From contig CBDFKD010000002.1 of assembly GCA_965248695.1 (NCBI GenBank), forward strand, positions 2,816,001 through 2,880,000: a stretch of 64,000 nucleotides of DNA, in the 5' to 3' direction. The stretch is from Acidobacteriota bacterium. Its GTDB lineage: Bacteria; Acidobacteriota; UBA890; WLXD01. Of this stretch, positions 59,353 to 64,000 are shown piece by piece (position 1 is the stretch's first letter; every line of letters starts with the position of its first letter). The position numbers were made by a program, and so were the translations under genes. The notes beneath the pieces are model-generated. The model was not told the DNA's origin, did not search any database, and was given only the letters and a program-made list of their open reading frames with translations.

Positions 59353-62172
59353 GTGTACATCCTCGGCATATCCGCCTTCTATCACGATAGTGCGGCGGTT
59401 CTTCTCCACGACGGCGAAATCGTCGCCGCAGCTCAGGAAGAGCGATATACGCGACAGAAACACGACGCGCGATTTCCCGCCCAGGCCATTGACTACTGCT
59501 TGGAGCAGGCCGGCATCACCGCCGACGAACTAGCGCACATCGGTTTCTACGAGAAGCCGCTCGCCAAGTTCGACCGCCTGCTGGAGTCCTATCTCGCGTC
59601 CGTGCCCGCGGGCTTCGAGTCCTTCAGGGAGGCTCTTCCTCTGTGGCTGGGGAAGAAGCTCTTTCTGCCACGGGAGATGGATCAAGAGCTAGGTCTCAGT
59701 CGCGAGATTCGGTACGTGTTTTGCGACCACCATGAATCCCACGCCGCCAGCGCTTTCTTCCCATCTCCGTTCGAAGAAGCCGCGATCATCACGATGGACG
59801 GCGTTGGCGAGTGGACCACGGCAGCCCTGGGGCATGGGAGCGAAAACCGCATCGAGCTCACGCGAGAGATCCGCTTCCCCCACTCGCTCGGATTGCTGTA
59901 CTCGGCGTTCACGTACTACACCGGGTTCAGGGTCAACGAAGGCGAGTACAAGGTCATGGGCCTCGCCACGTACGGCCAGCCAGTCTACAAGGACCTCATC
60001 CTGAGCCACCTGATCGACGTGAAAGATGACGGCTCCTTCTGGATGGACATGACGTACTTCAACTACGTTCATGGGCTGACCATGACGTCGGCCAAGTTCC
60101 ACGACCTTCTCGGCGGGCCGCCGCGGAAGGCCGATGAGCCGCTCGAGCAACGCCACATGGATCTCGCATCGTCGGTCCAGGCGGTTGTCGAGGAGGTGAT
60201 GCTCAAGGCCGCCGCGTACATACACCACCTGACCGGTTCCAGGAACCTCTGCCTTGCCCGTGGCGTTGCACTCAACTGCGTGGCTAACGGCCGGATCTTG
60301 CGAGAAGGGCCATTCGAGAATCTGTGGATCCAGCCGGCTGCCGGGGATGCCGGAGGCGCGCTTGGTGTGGCGCTGTTGATCTGGCACCAGCTCGTTGGCA
60401 AGCCTCGACAGACGCCGACGCCGGATGGGCAGCAAGGCTCCCTGCTCGGACCTGCGTACAGCAACTCCGAGATCAAACCGTTCCTCGACGAGGTTGGGGC
60501 CGCCTACGATGAGCTGGATGACGACGCCTTGATCGAGGCGGTGTCAGATCTGCTGGCTGCGGGCAAAGTGGTCGGTTTGTTCCAGGGGCGTTCGGAGTAC
60601 GGACCGCGGGCACTCGGCTGCCGGAGCATCATCGGCGATGCCCGAGATCCCGAGATGCAGAAGACCATGAATCTGAAGGTGAAGTTCCGCGAGTCCTTCC
60701 GCCCGTTCGCTCCGATCGTGCTACGCGATCACGCTCACGAGTACTTCGACGTGCGCCCGGACGAGGACAGCCCGTACATGCTCCTAGTAGCGTCCGTGAG
60801 AGAAAAGCGCCGCCGCCAGTTAACGTCGGAGGAGGCGCGGCGAACTGGAATCGACCTCTTGAACGTATGCCGCTCGGAGATTCCCGCGGTAACCCACGTG
60901 GATTATTCCGCGCGGGTACAGACCGTAGACCAACAACGCCACCTGAAGCTCTGGCAACTGATGTCCCGCTTCCATGAGAAGACCGGAGCGCCAGTCCTGG
61001 TCAACACTAGCTTCAATCTGAGCTGGGAGCCGATCGTGAACCGCCCGGTCGAGGCGTACCGCACGTTCATGTCATCCGACATCGATGCGTTGGTGCTGGA
61101 GAGCTGCATCCTCCACAAGCATCGTCAGGTTTCGAACGTGAAGGCCCGCAGAGGCGGATCGAGTGGCATCGAGGTCGACCCGGCCCTCGAGGAAGTCTGG
61201 GCCTGCCCGGCGTGTGAGGGATCCCTGGAGCGGGAGGGCGATGTCGCTCGATGCACACGGTGCCACGAGAGCTTTTCCAAGGAGGAGGGGATTTGGCGTT
61301 TGTTCGCGCCACACGAGAAGTACGACGGCGACGTGACCGAGCTGGTGAAGAGCTTCTACGAGGAGACACCCTTTCCTCACTACGACGAGGACGAATCTGT
61401 TCAGTCGCTGATCGACAAGTCCCGGAAGGGCGTCTACGCACGGCTGCTTGGCGACCAGATCCCATACAACGCTCGAGTGCTGGAGGTGGGGTGTGGGACC
61501 GGGCAGCTATCGAACTTTCTCGGCATCGGTTGTCGGACCGTTGTCGGGACCGACATGTGTTTGAACTCGCTCCGGCTGGCGGAGGGTTTCCGCAGCGCAC
61601 AAGGGTTGAACCGCGTGCGCTTCTTGCAGATGAACCTGTTCAAGCCCGCTCTGGCGGACGCCCGGTTCGACGTAGTTCTGTGTAACGGAGTGCTCCACCA
61701 CACGAGTGATCCCTACGGCGGGTACAAGGCCATTAGCAGACTCGTCAGGCCGGGCGGACTCCTGGTGGTCGGGCTATACAATACGTACGGACGGTTCTGT
61801 CATCAGGCGAGAGGCGCGGCCTTCCGATTGACGAACGGCCGGATGCGCAGCCTTGATCCGTACCTGCGAACGGCGAAGCTGAGCCGCGACAAGCAGGAGG
61901 CCTGGTTCAGGGATCAGTACCAGCACCCGCATGAATCGAAGCACTCCATGGGCGAGGTGCTCGGGTGGTTTCGAAACAATGGCTTCGACTTTGTCAACGC
62001 AGTCCCGAAGTTCAAGGTCTGGGATTCCTTCGATGCTCGCGAGATGCTTTTTGAGCAGGCCGACCCTGGATCCGCATTCGATCGAGCTCTCGCGCAAGCA
62101 AAGATGATCGTTACCGGAAACCGAGAGGGCGGCTTCTTCATCGTGATCGGGCGCAAGCAGGCGACCACGTGA
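59353..62172 (+). CDS. NodU/CmcH/SxtI-type carbamoyltransferase fused to a zinc ribbon and a SAM methyltransferase
   Basis: YHDSAA, HHESHAASAF, GPRALG, KFRESFRPFAP and NTSFN, then CPAC..CTRC, LEVGCGTG and GVLHHT. Confidence 0.9.
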   Translation: MYILGISAFYHDSAAVLLHDGEIVAAAQEERYTRQKHDARFPAQAIDYCLEQAGITADELAHIGFYEKPLAKFDRLLESYLASVPAGFESFREALPLWLGKKLFLPREMDQELGLSREIRYVFCDHHESHAASAFFPSPFEEAAIITMDGVGEWTTAALGHGSENRIELTREIRFPHSLGLLYSAFTYYTGFRVNEGEYKVMGLATYGQPVYKDLILSHLIDVKDDGSFWMDMTYFNYVHGLTMTSAKFHDLLGGPPRKADEPLEQRHMDLASSVQAVVEEVMLKAAAYIHHLTGSRNLCLARGVALNCVANGRILREGPFENLWIQPAAGDAGGALGVALLIWHQLVGKPRQTPTPDGQQGSLLGPAYSNSEIKPFLDEVGAAYDELDDDALIEAVSDLLAAGKVVGLFQGRSEYGPRALGCRSIIGDARDPEMQKTMNLKVKFRESFRPFAPIVLRDHAHEYFDVRPDEDSPYMLLVASVREKRRRQLTSEEARRTGIDLLNVCRSEIPAVTHVDYSARVQTVDQQRHLKLWQLMSRFHEKTGAPVLVNTSFNLSWEPIVNRPVEAYRTFMSSDIDALVLESCILHKHRQVSNVKARRGGSSGIEVDPALEEVWACPACEGSLEREGDVARCTRCHESFSKEEGIWRLFAPHEKYDGDVTELVKSFYEETPFPHYDEDESVQSLIDKSRKGVYARLLGDQIPYNARVLEVGCGTGQLSNFLGIGCRTVVGTDMCLNSLRLAEGFRSAQGLNRVRFLQMNLFKPALADARFDVVLCNGVLHHTSDPYGGYKAISRLVRPGGLLVVGLYNTYGRFCHQARGAAFRLTNGRMRSLDPYLRTAKLSRDKQEAWFRDQYQHPHESKHSMGEVLGWFRNNGFDFVNAVPKFKVWDSFDAREMLFEQADPGSAFDRALAQAKMIVTGNREGGFFIVIGRKQATT

Positions 62173-62576
62173 TCGGGCCGAACTGGCATCCGACGCGTCC
62201 GCAACTTCGTCAGTTTGCGGTCGCCGCGCTCCTTGCCTCCGCTATCGTCGGGACAGCTCTACGCTGGCGCTTCGGCTCTGACCTCGCGCCGCTCCTGATC
62301 TGGAGCTTCGGTAGCGTGGTGTTCGTGCTCGGCATGCTCTCACCGACGCTCGTTAGGCCCGTGTATCGCGTACTGATGGCCATCACCCTGCCGATCGGGT
62401 GGGCGGTGTCCAACGTGTTCTTGCGCGTGATCTACTACGGTCTCTTTACGCCGATCGGACTCGTGCTTCGGCTCGTCGGGCGAGATCCGCTGCGGATGAA
62501 GAAGCCGAACACGAGCTCCTACTACCTGGAGCGCAAGCAGCCGCGTGATCTATCCAGCTACTACCGTCAGGCGTGA
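62169..62576 (+). CDS. SxtJ-family membrane protein
   Basis: LRQF, TM helices and YY..FTPIG...GRDPL; follows the carbamoyltransferase. Confidence 0.85.
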   Translation: MIGPNWHPTRPQLRQFAVAALLASAIVGTALRWRFGSDLAPLLIWSFGSVVFVLGMLSPTLVRPVYRVLMAITLPIGWAVSNVFLRVIYYGLFTPIGLVLRLVGRDPLRMKKPNTSSYYLERKQPRDLSSYYRQA

Positions 62577-62600
62577 CGAAGAACCCCTTTGGAGCTAGCT

Positions 62601-62816
62601 GTGACTGACCCAGAACGCAACGAAGTTGATCAAGCGCAGGAATTCGAGCAGCTGGGAAAGGGTCGACGCCCGTCCTTCTTGCGTGAGTACCTCTACGTGC
62701 TCAGGACCTACAAGAAGCTGTGGATGGTGCCGATCATTCTCGTGCTGCTGGCCTTCAGCCTTCTGATGACTCTCTCGAGCTCCGGAGTTGCACCCTTTAT
62801 CTACACGCTGTTCTAG
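62601..62816 (+). CDS. DUF5989 / SxtK-like small protein
   Basis: KKLWMVPII...APFIYTLF C-terminus. Confidence 0.88.
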   Translation: MTDPERNEVDQAQEFEQLGKGRRPSFLREYLYVLRTYKKLWMVPIILVLLAFSLLMTLSSSGVAPFIYTLF

Positions 62817-62894
62817 CCGACTGGGGATCGGTCTCCCCAGAGGCGGTCGGAGTTTGCGACGGGCTGATGTTGGTGGATCGCCTCGCCTCGGTAG

Positions 62895-64000
62895 CTATTC
62901 GCCCGACAGAAAGGCCGCGTTGCGAAAGGCGCGTCGGACGCGCACACCGCCGAAGCGACCGGTGAGATTGCGGTAGCGATCAACCAAATCCATGACTTCC
63001 CGGGTGGCAAGACCCGGGAACTTCTGGCGAACGTAGAGCTGCGATTCGCGGAATCTCGGGATCAACGCCGACGCTACAGCCAGGGCGAACTGCTCACCAC
63101 CGTCACGCACTCGTCCGAGTAGCGGGTAGCCACCTCCCGAGACACCGTTCGCGGCCACATCCGCCAGATGTCCTGCGATGCGGTCTGCCGCACCGAGACC
63201 TGTGCGGCCGGTGATGTACCGATCGACGACTGCCGCAACCGCGGGGTCGCTATCCATCGGAGCGCGGTATTTGCCGGCCAGCACCTCCTCTACCCCGCTG
63301 ACCAAATCATCGAAGCTCGTCAGGTTGACGCTCACCAGATTGGGCAGGTAGGAGTCGTAGGTTTCCGACTCGACCGTTCGGTAGGCCAGCACCGGTCGAT
63401 CGAGCAGGCAACTCTCCAGACCGGTCGTACAACTGTTGTGGATCGAGAGCTCCGCTCCGAGCACCCAGGGCACGACCCCGCCCTCGTAAACCACGCGAAC
63501 GTTGGGCATGTCAGCGGCGATCCGATGCCAGGTCTCATGATTCTCGGAAGGGTGCGGCCTCAACACGATCGTCTGACGCGGGAACTTGCGCGCCAGTCGC
63601 GGCAACATGTCGACGAACGACTCGAAGGCGCTGCGAAGGAACGCTACCCACCCCTCGTAGAAGCGTTCGTCCGCCTCGTGCCGGAGGATCCCCCGGGAAC
63701 GCAAGATCTCCAGCACCCGATCGCTGCCATAGAAGTGGTTGTAGCGTGAGAAATTCGTGTTGATCAGAATGTAGCTCCCGAAACGCTGACGCAGCGCCGC
63801 CGCGTCGGCCGCGTAGAACTCCCGCATCTCCGGTCGAAGCAGATCGAAACGAGGATTGCCGGTGAGGTGGATGCGGTCGTCCTCACCAACAACACTCTGC
63901 ACGTCGTCGGCCTGATTCTGACCCCATGCAAAGAAGGCCTCGGTACGGTTGAAAGCAGCCGGTGCGACACGCTCATGCAGGTACGAGTCGCGGTTCCGGT
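62895..64000 (-). CDS. Surface carbohydrate biosynthesis protein (5' part outside the window)
   Basis: TGNPRFDLLR, YILINTNF, RPHPSE and HNSCTTGLES motifs. Confidence 0.8.
   Translation of the reverse strand, partial: RNRDSYLHERVAPAAFNRTEAFFAWGQNQADDVQSVVGEDDRIHLTGNPRFDLLRPEMREFYAADAAALRQRFGSYILINTNFSRYNHFYGSDRVLEILRSRGILRHEADERFYEGWVAFLRSAFESFVDMLPRLARKFPRQTIVLRPHPSENHETWHRIAADMPNVRVVYEGGVVPWVLGAELSIHNSCTTGLESCLLDRPVLAYRTVESETYDSYLPNLVSVNLTSFDDLVSGVEEVLAGKYRAPMDSDPAVAAVVDRYITGRTGLGAADRIAGHLADVAANGVSGGGYPLLGRVRDGGEQFALAVASALIPRFRESQLYVRQKFPGLATREVMDLVDRYRNLTGRFGGVRVRRAFRNAAFLSGE

Noticed and set aside
59353-62816. Saxitoxin biosynthesis cluster
   Set aside because: Only the widespread sxtI/J/K-like trio is present; there is no sxtA- or sxtG-like gene and the context is glycan synthesis.

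Overview
A GC-rich bacterial window, probably Acidobacteriota (inferred from the PadR + ADOP permease pair and a TonB receptor with an N-terminal carboxypeptidase-regulatory domain). It has two halves. Bases 1-31.9 kb are a heavily rearranged accessory region: SRP RNA, tRNA-Pro, a tRNA-Phe 3' fragment (att-like), two IS3-family elements (three full copies, one partial, plus a relic of another), three different IS256 elements, a MITE, a RES/Xre toxin-antitoxin pair, and many seamlessly joined gene fragments, including two near-identical inverted selO pieces. Bases 31.9-64 kb are a large surface-glycan locus: nonulosonic-acid genes (neuB/neuC/neuA-like), glycosyltransferases, an ABC flippase, AsnB, a sulfotransferase, two Thr-type sulfatase-like proteins and an sxtIJK-like carbamoylation cassette. 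The most notable gene is a pyruvate kinase-ATP sulfurylase fusion lying near a ThDP enzyme and a 2-hydroxyacid dehydrogenase; it may define an undescribed sulfur-decoration (possibly sulfonate) pathway. All calls come from motif recognition by eye; no searches were run.
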